From contig JAXGMI010000001.1 of the NCBI GenBank assembly GCA_040768745.1, forward strand, positions 896,001 to 960,000: 64,000 nt of DNA. Reading direction: 5' to 3'. The position numbers were made by a program, and so were the translations under genes. Origin of the DNA: Desulfomicrobium sp. GTDB lineage: Bacteria; Desulfobacterota; Desulfovibrionia; Desulfovibrionales; Desulfomicrobiaceae. Shown here piece by piece: positions 36,701-47,020 of this stretch. Every line of letters begins with the position of its first letter. Within the stretch, counting starts at the first letter, position 1. Under the pieces are notes generated by a model. It was not told the origin of the DNA. It did no database searches and saw only the letters and a program-made list of their open reading frames with translations.

Positions 36701-36867
36701 TGACTTTCAATGATTTCCATCCATCCCGGATGGGTGAAATCTCCGGTGGCCAGAAGGTCGATGCCCTTGACAGCGGCCCAGGCCGCCAGGTTCCGCGGCG
36801 TCAGATTCTTGCTGGTGGCTCGCGAAAACTTGGAATGGATGTGCACGTCGGCGATAAACGTCTTCAC
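33778..36867 (-). CDS. Endonuclease Q (PHP) domain fused to a UvrD/PcrA-like SF1 helicase
   Basis: DVHIHSKFSRATS, GDFTHP, AHIWTPWFS, NSDAHS, GKYH...C..CPVC; then GPGTGKT, DEVQD, GDPNQAIY.FRGA, NYRS, H.AKGLEF, EERRLFYVGLTRA. Confidence 0.92.
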   Translation of the reverse strand: MKTFIADVHIHSKFSRATSKNLTPRNLAAWAAVKGIDLLATGDFTHPGWMEIIESQLVAEENGLFRLQDERALEQELPWYGGTDLSRGTRFILCTEISSIYKKGGKVRKIHNLVFMPGLDAAKRFTTRLAEVGNLASDGRPILGLDARDLLEMVLETDPLAFLIPAHIWTPWFSLFGSKSGFDTVEECFGDLSTEIFALETGLSSDPEMNWLWSALDRFTLVSNSDAHSGEKLGREATIFSGDISYTGLRQALRREDGGTLYQGTLEFYPEEGKYHLDGHRKCKVMLEPRETRRHGGVCPVCAKPLTVGVLNRVFELADRPSPLRPAKHPGYCSLVPLPEMLGEILGAAPGTKKVLRMYSDLLRQFSSELSILRVIPVEDLSRSSRILGEAVRRMRQGMVHRHSGYDGEFGRISMFSPQELLEFRHGRMLALAQGPGRNTEEDGQRWRRPFAALEEKGESETTAPNEMQLAAILAGPGPVLVLAGPGTGKTQTLTGRVRHLVEQGGEPGRMIILTFTRKAARELKDRLQHMLPPGADVPKADTLHALALEYWTQVMGEPPTLLSEESARRLFGAANPGLAGKALKTAWNEQSLARERGVRVPGEQTRRYLDHKARFNLVDYTDLLEFWLEHLELGQYSPAFDHVLVDEVQDLSPLQLGLVMGLAPRNGHGFFAIGDPNQAIYAFRGASRDVEARLKVSWPELKRIRLIHNYRSAQQILGLSARLLTDKETLVAQKSHAASIFLFEAQTAEQEADWIAGRIRELLGGTGHWQADAQEGGTLAPGDIAVLVRLKALIPPIAKALHGAGIPVSVPEEEPFFMDARVDILLRIAGNVLGMPDTPGEEIPACPESVVEKGPLGMAVFLGQTAPFDELFWKSQPFLDLVKAFQTCAGWRGLMNMVRLETELCAVRAKAQKVQVMTMHGAKGLEFEAVFLPGLEEGILPFAGMDMLLGKPGADGGLDLEEERRLFYVGLTRAKTMLFMSHCASRRVFGKTLKLSLSSLVRKLPQDMIRRSALKRHVRRSERQLSLF

Positions 36868-38495
36868 GGTGAATCCTGCGTCTCCGTCCCCTTCCTCCCG
36901 GAAGGCTGCTCCTGGGTCAGTACGGCTCGGACTCCGCCATCGGGACCGTCCAGCAGTTCCAGAAAAGCTCCGTTCTGGACGGCAAGGCGGCGGGCAATGG
37001 CCAATCCCAGACCGGAACCCAGGGCTTTGGTGGTCACAAAAGGATCAAAGCACCTGCCCCGCACAGTCGGGTCCAGACCTGGCCCGTTGTCATCGACGAC
37101 CACTTTTCTTTGGCCTGAATCCCTCATATCTGCAATGGAAATGACTGGCTTTTCCCGTCCTTGCAGAGCCTGCAGGGCATTTCCCAACAAGTTGATCAGT
37201 ATCTGATGAAGGTGGTCCCTGTCGAACAGGTACGGCTCGGGGCCAACATCGACTTGGACGCGCACCATAGGGTGCTGCAGTCGAAATGACATGAGCACGT
37301 GCTCGATCTCCTGTCCCAGATCAAGAGGTTCAGGCCTGGCCTCCCGGGGCCGGGCAAAGATCAGAAAATCCTTCAGCAGAAAATCCAGGCGATCGATGTC
37401 CCGCACGATGACCCGCGCCAGCCTGTCGGAGACCTCCTGGTCCATGTCCCCGGAAAGCAGAAGCTGGAGGCTGGCCTTGATGCCAGCCAAGGGATTTTTC
37501 ATTTCGTGCGCCAAGCCGGCGGCAAGCTCGCCCACGCTGGCCAGTTTCTCCATCTCCTTGACCTGGTTTTCCAACCTCTGCACGTCGGTGATATCCGAAA
37601 AAAGAATGAGCCAACCCTGCTGGGCAGGCAGCTGGGTTATCTTGAATCCGAAAATGACGTTCCGTTTCTGACTCGTGACCGTGTTGCGGCGCAGGCTGAT
37701 CTGGCCGCGGTCTTCCCAGAAAGGCGAAAACTCGGGAAAGAAATGAACGAATGAACGGCCGATAATCTTCGAGCGATGAGATTCAGACGTCCATACCAGG
37801 GCAGTCTGGTTGATGGTCGTTATGATGCCCTGCTGGTCCACAACCATGAGTCCTGCGTCAAGCCAGTCGAAAACCCGGAACTGGAGCTCCTTGGCCCGTT
37901 GCAGAACACTCTCCTGTTCAATGACTCTGTTGAGGAGCTTGCGCTCTTGAGCTCCGCTCAATTTGACCAGGCTGTTGATCAGAACGAGGGCCACCGTCAG
38001 CATGCTGAAGTTGTAGGCCAGGTCCGAGCCGCGGACATGTATTTCACCCCAGTATCGGGGAAAATAGAACTGGACGCAGGAAATGAGAAAGATGGTGATC
38101 CAGACCAGGATGGAGGACAGGAAAATGGTCCGCATCCCCAGCATCCGACCGTAGAAAAAAAGGGCCAGCATGTAGAGGAAGGAAAATCCGCTGAACGAGC
38201 CCCCAGTCAGAATCACCCACCAGGTGATCAGAAACAGATCGGCCAGGATTTGCACGCGGAAGAGGACAATGGAGCCAAGGAACCGGAAGGTCAGGACCAG
38301 ATAGAGAATGCCGAGACAGAACCCGGTCACAAAAAAGGCAATGTATTGGACATCCCGGTAATATTCGAAGCGCATTCCCCGGTCCGTCAGATTGAAGAAC
38401 TCGGAGAAGGTCAAGAGCAGGAGAAAAACCATGATTCCCAGCCGAATCATGGAGCATTTCAGAAAAAAGGACCGGAATTCCGCCGACGAGGTCAT
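36864..38495 (-). CDS. Membrane sensor histidine kinase, PilS-like
   Basis: About six TM segments with Q..AD..LIT....TGG..S.F..LY, PAS region, AAGLAHEMKNPL, NL..NA, DNGPG, FVTTK..GSGLGL. Start is uncertain. Confidence 0.85.
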   Translation of the reverse strand: MTSSAEFRSFFLKCSMIRLGIMVFLLLLTFSEFFNLTDRGMRFEYYRDVQYIAFFVTGFCLGILYLVLTFRFLGSIVLFRVQILADLFLITWWVILTGGSFSGFSFLYMLALFFYGRMLGMRTIFLSSILVWITIFLISCVQFYFPRYWGEIHVRGSDLAYNFSMLTVALVLINSLVKLSGAQERKLLNRVIEQESVLQRAKELQFRVFDWLDAGLMVVDQQGIITTINQTALVWTSESHRSKIIGRSFVHFFPEFSPFWEDRGQISLRRNTVTSQKRNVIFGFKITQLPAQQGWLILFSDITDVQRLENQVKEMEKLASVGELAAGLAHEMKNPLAGIKASLQLLLSGDMDQEVSDRLARVIVRDIDRLDFLLKDFLIFARPREARPEPLDLGQEIEHVLMSFRLQHPMVRVQVDVGPEPYLFDRDHLHQILINLLGNALQALQGREKPVISIADMRDSGQRKVVVDDNGPGLDPTVRGRCFDPFVTTKALGSGLGLAIARRLAVQNGAFLELLDGPDGGVRAVLTQEQPSGRKGTETQDSP

Positions 38496-38496
38496 T

Positions 38497-39258
38497 TCAG
38501 GATTCTTGTCCACAATCCGTGGGATCTCCCTGCAGTTTTTCGATGGCATGCCTGAGTGCCGGCAGGACTGCCAGCAGGTTTTCCCGCACTGCCTTGGGAC
38601 TGCCTGGCAGATTGAGGACCAGGGATTCTCCCATGATGCCGGCCACGGCCCGGGAAATCATGCCATGCGGGGTTTTGACCAGGGAAGCTTGGGTCATGAC
38701 CCGCTCGAATCCTTCCAGACGCTTGTCCAGCAAGGGAAGCGTGACTTCCGGAGTGATATCGCGCGGTCCTATGCCCGTTCCACCAGTGGTGACAACAAGG
38801 TCAAACTTCTGTTCCAGACAGAAGTCCACCAGTGCAGCCTTGAGCTGACACCCTTCATCCGGAATGACCACCCCGGAGGCCAGGGAAAGATTTATGGCTT
38901 CTGCCACAACGTCCCTGATGGTCGGACCGCTTTTGTCCTCCCGTTCGCCTCGCGAGCCCTTGTCGCTCAGGGTCACCCACGCCAGACTGAATCCTCCTCT
39001 GGACACGGTGGCAGAAAACTCCCCTTTGTTCATCGCCCCGCTCACCGTGCGACAAATCCAACCTAATTGGGACAGATCACCCTCGTCGGCCAACCTGATC
39101 CTGGTCAAACACTGCATCTCACAGTTTCCGTCGCGGATCACCATACCGGCCCGCAAAGACGGAATCTGGTCCACAAATGCCTGGGCCAGGACGTGATCCC
39201 GTCCAAGACTTAAAACAAACTGCCCGGCAACCGTATCTCCCTTCCAGACAATGCGCAT
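38497..39258 (-). CDS. MogA/MoaB-family molybdopterin adenylyltransferase with an N-terminal extension
   Basis: TLSDKG...EDKSGP, TTGGTG.GPRDITPE, SRA.AG, NLPGSPKAV.E. Confidence 0.9.
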   Translation of the reverse strand: MRIVWKGDTVAGQFVLSLGRDHVLAQAFVDQIPSLRAGMVIRDGNCEMQCLTRIRLADEGDLSQLGWICRTVSGAMNKGEFSATVSRGGFSLAWVTLSDKGSRGEREDKSGPTIRDVVAEAINLSLASGVVIPDEGCQLKAALVDFCLEQKFDLVVTTGGTGIGPRDITPEVTLPLLDKRLEGFERVMTQASLVKTPHGMISRAVAGIMGESLVLNLPGSPKAVRENLLAVLPALRHAIEKLQGDPTDCGQES

Positions 39259-39421
39259 ACCTGCCTCATTTCTTTTTTGGTCCACCATTCTGGTCTGTTT
39301 TTGCCTACCAAAGCCCTTCCCTGTTGTCATTACACGCCAGGACCCAAGGCTGACCCCTTGTCCACAACACCGCTCTTGATTACGTGTTCTGAAACACCAT
39401 CCACACCAAGGGGGGTCGATC

Positions 39422-40300
39422 ATGAAAGGAATAATTCTGGCAGGGGGTTCCGGCACGCGGCTGTACCCTCTTACCCTGGCCACAAGCAAACAGCTTCTGC
39501 CGGTTTACGACAAACCCATGATCTATTATCCCCTGTCCATTCTTCTTCTGGCCGGGATCCGCGACATCCTGATCATCTCGACACCCGCTGATCTGCCCCG
39601 TTTTCGTGAGTTGCTCGGAGACGGACACCAGATCGGCGTGCGCATTTCCTATGCGGTGCAACCTTCCCCTGACGGACTTGCTCAGGCCTTTGTGCTGGGC
39701 GAGGATTTCATAGGCAACGATTCCGTCTGTCTGGTCCTGGGGGACAATATCATCCACGGGGTTGGACTGTCCGCTGTCCTGGAACGCTGCATGAAACTGC
39801 GCATGGGAGGAATCATCTTCGGCTATCTGGTCAAGGATCCAGAGCGCTACGGAGTGGTAGAATTCGATCATACGGGAAAGGTGGTCAGCATCGAGGAAAA
39901 GCCAGCAAAGCCAAAATCAAAGTTTGCCGTTCCAGGCATCTATTTCTACGACAACGACGTGATCAACATTGCCAAGCATCTGAAACCCTCGCCCAGAGGG
40001 GAACTGGAAATAACGGATGTGAACCGCGAATATCTCCGGAGGGGTACACTGCAAGTGGAACTTCTGGGCCGGGGATACGCCTGGCTCGACGCCGGAACAC
40101 ACGAATCCCTGCAGCAGGCCGGGAGTTTCGTCCAGGCTATCCAGGATCGGCAAGGTTTCAAGATCGCATGCATCGAAGAAATCGCCTACCGCAAGGGCTT
40201 CATCTCCGGCCAAGAACTCGTGGCCCTGGCCGCCAGATTCAGCAAGAATGACTACGGGTCCTACCTTGCGGATATTGCTGCAGCGGATAAATTATTTTAG
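39422..40300 (+). CDS. rfbA: Glucose-1-phosphate thymidylyltransferase
   Basis: [46 protein letters not shown]. Confidence 0.97.
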   Translation: MKGIILAGGSGTRLYPLTLATSKQLLPVYDKPMIYYPLSILLLAGIRDILIISTPADLPRFRELLGDGHQIGVRISYAVQPSPDGLAQAFVLGEDFIGNDSVCLVLGDNIIHGVGLSAVLERCMKLRMGGIIFGYLVKDPERYGVVEFDHTGKVVSIEEKPAKPKSKFAVPGIYFYDNDVINIAKHLKPSPRGELEITDVNREYLRRGTLQVELLGRGYAWLDAGTHESLQQAGSFVQAIQDRQGFKIACIEEIAYRKGFISGQELVALAARFSKNDYGSYLADIAAADKLF

Positions 40301-40660
40301 TTCATTATTTCAATAAATTATTTAAATTATGTACAGCTGTGGAAAAATGCTTCACACACCTGTTTCTGATGTTCTCAAATCCGGACATCATAAGGTCGGA
40401 AGAACAAAGAACCTGTTCATGCTGCCTGTCCCTTTTATTAATAAAATAATAATCTCAAAATATTGTTACACAAAAGAACAAAACGGAAGTCGTAATAATG
40501 AACTATAACCCTTTTTCTTTTTGGCCATAAAAAATGACAGGCACAGTTTGTCCCTCATTTCTTAAATATTGAACTCACACCACAAGTCCAGTACAGAAGA
40601 CCTGTTCTAAAATTCCAAATAATTTCAATACGATTTAAAAATTAGGAAAGTGAGGAATCC

Positions 40661-42898
40661 ATGGACCTTATGAAGATGCCGGCGGACCTGGCTGATGTTT
40701 CCCTCAATCCCAATGCCCAGGTAGTTCTCAGGAAGCGTTACCTGCGCAAGGGACTGGACGGAAAGCCCATCGAAACAGTCAAGGAAATGTTCTGGAGAGT
40801 GGCGGCAGGCATTGCATCCATGGAGAAGAACTACCAGCAGTCGCCATGGACAACCGAGAAACTGGCCCGTGCTTTCTATTCCATGATGACCCGATACGAT
40901 TTTCTGCCCAATTCACCGACACTGATGAACGCCGGCACGGATCTGGGTCAATTGGCGGCATGTTTCGTCCTCCCCGTGGGCGACTCCATGGATGAGATTT
41001 TTGATGCGGTGAAGCACGCTGCCCTGATCCATAAGTCAGGTGGAGGAACAGGTTTTTCCTTTTCCCGACTGAGGCCCAAGGACAGTCGTGTAGGTTCCAC
41101 CGGAGGAGTCGCCTCGGGTCCCATTTCGTTTTTGAAGATATTCAACACTGCGACGGAACAGGTCAAACAGGGTGGAACCCGGCGCGGGGCCAACATGGGT
41201 ATTCTCCGCGTCGATCATCCCGACATCATGGAATTTATCCGAGCCAAGGAACGAGAGGGAGATCTCAACAATTTCAATCTGTCCGTGGCCCTGACCGAAA
41301 AATTCATGCAGGCGGTGGAGAATGACGAGGAATACCCCCTCGTGGCCCCTCATACCAAGGAAATCATCGAATACCTGAAAGCCCGCGAGGTGTTTGACCT
41401 GCTTGTCCGCAAGGCATGGGAGAGCGGGGATCCCGGTATCATCTTCATCGACCGCATCAACCGCGACAACCCCAATCCCGACCAGGGGGAGATCGAAAGC
41501 ACCAATCCCTGCGGTGAGCAGCCCCTGCTGCCCTACGAGGCATGCAACCTCGGGTCCATCAATTTGGCCCGTTTTGTCCTGCAGAAGGACGAAAGCCTGG
41601 AAGTGGACTGGGACCGGTTGCGCGAAATCGTGCATCTGAGCGTGCGGTTCCTGGACAACGTCATCGATGCATCGGAATATCCCCTGCAGCGCATCACCGA
41701 CACGGTGCACAATAACCGCAAGATAGGATTGGGGATCATGGGCTGGGCTGATCTGCTCTATCAGCTCAAACTGCCCTACAACAGCCGCCGGGCCATCGCC
41801 CTGGCTGAGAAAATGATGGATTTCATCCAGAAGGAATCCAAATCCGCATCCAAGGAACTGGCCCGCGAACGGGGTGCGTTTCCGTCGTATGCGACCTCGA
41901 TCTATCAGGAACAAAACCTCGGGCCGTATCGTCACTCCACGACAACGACCATCGCGCCCACCGGGACTCTGTCCATCATCGCTGGTTGTTCCTCGGGCAT
42001 TGAACCGCTCTTTGCCCTTTGTTTTGTGCGTCAGGTCATGGATGGTGAAAAGCTGACCGAGGCCAACAGCCATTTCGTGCAGGCCCTCCATGAAGCAGGG
42101 TGCTTCACTGACAAGCTCATGGCCGAGGTGGTGGAAAAAGGCTCCATCCAGTCCATGGGGTATTTGCCTGACGAATTGCGAGCCATTTATGTGACGGCCA
42201 TGGACATCGAGCCGGTCTGGCATCTCAAAATGCAGGCTGCTTTCCAGAAGTACACGGACAACGCCGTGTCCAAGACTGTGAACCTGCCCAACTCCGCCAC
42301 CCAGGAAGATATCTTCAAAATCTATTGGATGGCCTATGAGGAAGGCTGCAAGGGCGTGACCGTGTACCGGGATGGATGCAAAAGCGTGCAGGTACTGTGC
42401 ACCGGTGACGGCAAGAAAGAGGAATCCACAAAGGAAGAGGAACGTCGTCCCATGGATCGTCCGGATATCGTGTACGGGTTTACCCAGAAGGTGCGCACCG
42501 GACTTGGCGACCTGTATCTGACCGTGAACGAACTCGACGGCCGGCCATTCGAAGTATTCACCACCATCGGTCGGTCAGGGCGTTCCATCACGGCCAAGGC
42601 CGAGGCCATCGGTCGTTTGGTGTCTCTGGCCTTGCGCTCAGGGGTGCATGTGCGGGAAATTGTCAAACAGCTTAAAGGCATCGGCGGTGAGCATCCGGTT
42701 TTTCAGAAAAAAGGTATGCTCCTCTCCATCCCCGACGCGGTGTCCTGGGTGCTGGAAAACCGCTATCTGCAGGGTGCGTCCCCGCGCAATCTCGACAAGT
42801 CCCTGTCCAAGACCGAATGCCCTGAGTGCTCCACGGAACTGGTTTTTCAGGAGGGTTGTTTTGTCTGTCCGTCGTGCGGGTTCACCAAATGCGGATGA
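40661..42898 (+). CDS. nrdJ: Vitamin B12-dependent class II ribonucleotide reductase with a C-terminal Zn-ribbon region
   Basis: PNSPTLMNAG, ACFVL, QGGTRRGANM, TNPCGEQPL, CNLGS, TIAPTGT, KGVTVYRDG; no nrdB adjacent. Confidence 0.93.
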   Translation: MDLMKMPADLADVSLNPNAQVVLRKRYLRKGLDGKPIETVKEMFWRVAAGIASMEKNYQQSPWTTEKLARAFYSMMTRYDFLPNSPTLMNAGTDLGQLAACFVLPVGDSMDEIFDAVKHAALIHKSGGGTGFSFSRLRPKDSRVGSTGGVASGPISFLKIFNTATEQVKQGGTRRGANMGILRVDHPDIMEFIRAKEREGDLNNFNLSVALTEKFMQAVENDEEYPLVAPHTKEIIEYLKAREVFDLLVRKAWESGDPGIIFIDRINRDNPNPDQGEIESTNPCGEQPLLPYEACNLGSINLARFVLQKDESLEVDWDRLREIVHLSVRFLDNVIDASEYPLQRITDTVHNNRKIGLGIMGWADLLYQLKLPYNSRRAIALAEKMMDFIQKESKSASKELARERGAFPSYATSIYQEQNLGPYRHSTTTTIAPTGTLSIIAGCSSGIEPLFALCFVRQVMDGEKLTEANSHFVQALHEAGCFTDKLMAEVVEKGSIQSMGYLPDELRAIYVTAMDIEPVWHLKMQAAFQKYTDNAVSKTVNLPNSATQEDIFKIYWMAYEEGCKGVTVYRDGCKSVQVLCTGDGKKEESTKEEERRPMDRPDIVYGFTQKVRTGLGDLYLTVNELDGRPFEVFTTIGRSGRSITAKAEAIGRLVSLALRSGVHVREIVKQLKGIGGEHPVFQKKGMLLSIPDAVSWVLENRYLQGASPRNLDKSLSKTECPECSTELVFQEGCFVCPSCGFTKCG

Positions 42899-42999
42899 GC
42901 AATGGATCACGCTTTGAATCGGGTTGGATCGACCATCAAGCCGCGCTGGTTTGCCACCCTTGTTGGATGTAAGAGGCAGACGGATCAGGGGGAAAGGGC

Positions 43000-43677
43000 A
43001 TGATCACCATCTCCAAGCTATCCTATTCCTTTGGCAGGCAATTGGCCTTGAAGGATATCAGTTTTTCCATGAAACAAGGGGAATTCGTGTTCCTGTGCGG
43101 ACCATCCGGAGCAGGCAAGACCACCCTCATGCGCATTCTGCACGGGGCCTTGCCAGTACAGAGGGGCAAGGTCGACGTCGCCGGATATGACTTGAACACG
43201 TTGACAGAGAGCCGCAAACATCTGCTGCGCAGGGATGTCAGCGTGGTGTTCCAGGATTTCAAAATCCTGCCCAATCAGACCGTATTCGCCAATGTCGGAC
43301 TCCCCCTTGTGGTGCGCGGCATCGCCCGGCATATCATCGACAAGAGGGTGAGGGCCGTACTGCGCAGCCTGCATCTCGATCAGAAGGCAGGGGTTCCATG
43401 TGAGGAACTTTCCGGTGGCGAACAGCAGCGCGTAGCCGTGGCCCGCGCTGTGGTGGTCAAGCCGAAACTCCTTTTGGCCGATGAACCCACAGGCAATCTG
43501 GACCGTGAGCTATCTTTGCGCATGATGGATATTTTTCAGCAGTTCCATCGCTTCGGTACATCGATCATGATCGCGACCCACAATCAGGAAATCATGGAGC
43601 GCATGGCCGAGGCACGCATCGTCACCCTGGAGGATGGAGTCATGCATGAAGGCAAAAAAAACGGAGATCAGCAATGA
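43000..43677 (+). CDS. ftsE: Cell division ATP-binding protein FtsE
   Basis: GPSGAGKTT, VVFQDFK, LSGGEQQRVA.ARA, LLADEPTGNLD. Confidence 0.92.
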   Translation: MITISKLSYSFGRQLALKDISFSMKQGEFVFLCGPSGAGKTTLMRILHGALPVQRGKVDVAGYDLNTLTESRKHLLRRDVSVVFQDFKILPNQTVFANVGLPLVVRGIARHIIDKRVRAVLRSLHLDQKAGVPCEELSGGEQQRVAVARAVVVKPKLLLADEPTGNLDRELSLRMMDIFQQFHRFGTSIMIATHNQEIMERMAEARIVTLEDGVMHEGKKNGDQQ

Positions 43678-44546
43678 ACGTTTTTTTCCGTCTTCTGTTC
43701 CAGGGCGTGCGGGATTTGTTCCGCAGCCCGTGGTCCCTGTGCATGACCTTGGCCGCCATAACCCTGGTCACGTTTCTGGGAAGCGCCTTTCTCATGCTCG
43801 TGCACAATCTGAACCTGCAACTTGGTACGCGACATGGCAATGTGCAGTTTCAAGTCTATTGGGGCGGAAACGCAACCCAGGCGGAAATGCAAGAGGTCTG
43901 GGGGGCACTTTCTTCCATACAAGGGGTAGTCAATGTGCGCACCTTCACTCCGGACCAGGCCCTGGAAGTCCTGTCCGAGTCCTTTCAGAAGAGTGTGGAC
44001 CTTGAATGGATGAAGGGACGCAGTCCCCTGCCGCCCACGGCGTTGGTGGAATGTGAAATGCCGGAGGATGGCCAGAAGAAATGGGCCGCGGCCATGGTGG
44101 ATCGCTTGCAGGCCTTGCCCAAGGTGCAGAAAGTCAGCTTCAACCCCTTGCAGGTGGACGTGCTCAGTTCCTGGGTAGGCTTCACCCGCATGGCCTTCTG
44201 GCCGGTGATGGGATTTCTGCTCACTGTCGTGGCCCTGGTGGTCGGGAATACCATCAAGCTGGCCTTGCTCGTCCGGCGTGAGGAACTGGAAATTCTGCGT
44301 TTCGTGGGGGCCAGTCGGGCCTATATCCAGTTCCCCCTGCTCGTGGGAGGTGCGTTCCAGGGCTTTCTGGCTTCTGGCGTGGCCCTGGTTCTGCTCAAGC
44401 TTGTGCATCATGCCATCGAAAACCTGCTCAATGTCCCGCCGCTGTGGATATCCATTTTCTTTCTTCCAAATCTCTACATCCTGGCCATCCTAAGCGTTCT
44501 GGCCGGAGTGGGTGTGATCAGCTCATGTGTTGCCCTTCGCAACTGA
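43674..44546 (+). CDS. ftsX: Cell division permease FtsX
   Basis: GNTIKL....RREELEILRFVGAS..YI..P; overlaps ftsE. Confidence 0.92.
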   Translation: MNVFFRLLFQGVRDLFRSPWSLCMTLAAITLVTFLGSAFLMLVHNLNLQLGTRHGNVQFQVYWGGNATQAEMQEVWGALSSIQGVVNVRTFTPDQALEVLSESFQKSVDLEWMKGRSPLPPTALVECEMPEDGQKKWAAAMVDRLQALPKVQKVSFNPLQVDVLSSWVGFTRMAFWPVMGFLLTVVALVVGNTIKLALLVRREELEILRFVGASRAYIQFPLLVGGAFQGFLASGVALVLLKLVHHAIENLLNVPPLWISIFFLPNLYILAILSVLAGVGVISSCVALRN

Positions 44547-44564
44547 AACACAACGAGGATACTC

Positions 44565-46235
44565 ATGAATCGTAGCGATACAATGCTCAAAGGTCTGGAA
44601 AAAGCTCCCCATCGTTCCTTGCTCTTCGCCCTGGGTATGACCCGGGAGGAGATGAACCGGCCGCTCATTGGTGTGGTCAACTCGGCCAATGAAATCATTC
44701 CCGGACATATGCATCTGGACATCATCGCCCAGGCCGTCAAGGACGGTATCCGCATGGCCGGAGGCACGCCCATGGAATTTCCGACCATCGGCGTGTGCGA
44801 CGGACTGGCCATGAACCACGAGGGCATGAAGATGAGCCTGCCCAGCCGCGAACTCATTGCGGATTCCATCGAGATTTCAGCCACGGCAGTTCCCTTCGAC
44901 GGTTTGGTCTTCATTCCCAACTGCGACAAGATTGTGCCGGGCATGCTCATGGCCATGCTGCGTCTGAACATCCCGTCCATCATCGTCAGCGGGGGGCCCA
45001 TGCTGGCGGGCAAGCTCGATGGCAAGGCCGTGGACCTGATCACGGTTTTCGAGGGCGTCGGCAAAGTCAAGACCGGGGCCATGACCGAAGAGGAGCTGGG
45101 GCGCATGGAGGAATGCGCCTGCCCAGGCTGCGGGTCCTGCGCGGGCATGTTCACGGCCAATTCCATGAACTGCCTGTCCGAGGCCCTGGGTCTGGCCCTG
45201 CCGGGCAACGGAACTGTCCCGGCCCCGACCAGCGCACGCATCCGTCTGGCCAAGGAGGCCGGGATGCAGGTCATGGATTTGGTCGAAAAGAACATCCGGC
45301 CGCGGGACATTGTGACCGAGAAAAGCGTGGCCAACGGCGTGACTGTGGACATGGCCCTGGGCTGTTCGACCAATACGGTCCTGCACCTGCCAGCCATTTT
45401 CCGGGAAGCCGAATTGGCTCTGACCTTGGACATTTTTGACGAAATCAGTCGAAAGACCCCGAATCTCTGCCGCCTTTCCCCGGCCGGGCCGCACCACATA
45501 TCAGACCTGCATGAGGCCGGGGGCATCCAGGCCGTCATGGCCCAATTGGCTGCCAGCGGCAGGATGAACACCGACGTGCTGACCGTTACCGGGAAGACAC
45601 TGGGTGAAAATTTTTCGATCCTGAAGCCGCGTATCCTGCGGCCCGAAGTGATCCGCTCCGTAGCCGATCCTTATTCGCCGGAAGGAGGCATCGCCATCCT
45701 GCGGGGTAATCTGGCCCTGGACGGGGCGGTGGTCAAACAGTCCGCCGTGGCCCCGGAGATGATGCAGCGCACGGGCACGGCCAGGGTGTTCGAAGGCGAG
45801 GATGTGGCCGTGGCCGCCATTCTGGGGGGGAAAATCAAGGCCGGGGACGTTGTCGTCATCCGCAACGAAGGACCCGTGGGCGGGCCTGGCATGCGCGAGA
45901 TGTTGACGCCCACCTCGGTCATTTCCGGTCTGGGTCTTGGCGGGGAAGTGGCCCTGCTGACCGACGGCCGCTTCAGCGGCGGGACGCGGGGCGCGGCCAT
46001 CGGACACATCAGCCCCGAGGCGGCTGAGGGTGGAGTCATCGGACTGGTCCAGGAGGGGGATCAGATCAAGATCGACATCCCTGGCCGCACTCTGCAGTTG
46101 TTGGTGGACGAGGTTGAACTGGAAAGACGCCGGCAGGGGTGGAAACCGTACCCCAAAGAAATCAAGTCCTCCATCCTGCGCCGGTACAGTCGAATGGCCT
46201 CTTCGGCGGCCAAGGGAGCGGTGACCAAGATCTGA
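44565..46235 (+). CDS. ilvD: Dihydroxy-acid dehydratase
   Basis: [42 protein letters not shown]. Confidence 0.97.
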   Translation: MNRSDTMLKGLEKAPHRSLLFALGMTREEMNRPLIGVVNSANEIIPGHMHLDIIAQAVKDGIRMAGGTPMEFPTIGVCDGLAMNHEGMKMSLPSRELIADSIEISATAVPFDGLVFIPNCDKIVPGMLMAMLRLNIPSIIVSGGPMLAGKLDGKAVDLITVFEGVGKVKTGAMTEEELGRMEECACPGCGSCAGMFTANSMNCLSEALGLALPGNGTVPAPTSARIRLAKEAGMQVMDLVEKNIRPRDIVTEKSVANGVTVDMALGCSTNTVLHLPAIFREAELALTLDIFDEISRKTPNLCRLSPAGPHHISDLHEAGGIQAVMAQLAASGRMNTDVLTVTGKTLGENFSILKPRILRPEVIRSVADPYSPEGGIAILRGNLALDGAVVKQSAVAPEMMQRTGTARVFEGEDVAVAAILGGKIKAGDVVVIRNEGPVGGPGMREMLTPTSVISGLGLGGEVALLTDGRFSGGTRGAAIGHISPEAAEGGVIGLVQEGDQIKIDIPGRTLQLLVDEVELERRRQGWKPYPKEIKSSILRRYSRMASSAAKGAVTKI

Positions 46236-46963
46236 TGCTCTGGGATTCCAAGGAAAGCGCCCTGCGCTATGACCAGTGGGCCAAGACCCCCCAAGGCGCC
46301 TTTGCCCTGCGGCAGGAGGAAAAGCTGCTGCAGGGCGTCATTGCGCCCTGGCCCAGGCGCAAGCAGAAACTCGTGGACATCGGTTGCGGCACGGGCCTTT
46401 TCCTGGAATTTTTCTGGTCCTGCGGGTTCGACCTGACCGGCATCGACAGCAGTCCGGCTATGCTGGCCCTGGCCCGGGACAAGATTGGGCATCGGGCTGA
46501 CCTGCATGTGGGCTGGGCCGAACACCTGCCCTTTGAGGACAGGGAATTCGATTACGCCGCCCTGACGACCGTGCTGGAGTTCGTGGACAATCCGGGCGAG
46601 GTACTGCGCGAGGCGATGCGTGTGGTACGCAAGGGCATTGTGCTCATGTTTCTGAACCGCTTTTCCATGTATGGCTGTTCCGCGCGGCTCTTCAGGAAAA
46701 AAACGTTCCTGTCCCGGGCACACTGGTTCTCTTGGCTGGAGATGCGCGGCCTGATCCAGAAAAATCTGTCCCCTGGCCTCATCGAAGCCAGGTCCATTCT
46801 GCTCGGACCCCCGTCTACGTGGAATCAGGCACCCGTCTTTCGCCACGTGAACAGCCTGCCCGTTTTTCCCTGGCTCGGGGCCGTCACGGCCGTGCGCATC
46901 GATCTGACCGCGCCGCCAGCCCAGACTCCGCTGATGGCCTGGAACACTGAACCAACGGTGTAG
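46235..46963 (+). CDS. Class I SAM-dependent methyltransferase
   Basis: VDIGCGTG, GID.S..ML, AEHLPF....FD; ATG overlaps the ilvD TGA. Confidence 0.9.
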   Translation: MLWDSKESALRYDQWAKTPQGAFALRQEEKLLQGVIAPWPRRKQKLVDIGCGTGLFLEFFWSCGFDLTGIDSSPAMLALARDKIGHRADLHVGWAEHLPFEDREFDYAALTTVLEFVDNPGEVLREAMRVVRKGIVLMFLNRFSMYGCSARLFRKKTFLSRAHWFSWLEMRGLIQKNLSPGLIEARSILLGPPSTWNQAPVFRHVNSLPVFPWLGAVTAVRIDLTAPPAQTPLMAWNTEPTV

Positions 46964-47020
46964 CGGAGATGCGGCAGCCTCTGGCGCCCTGGGCTGAGGC
47001 GGTCGTTTCCGCAGCTTTTT

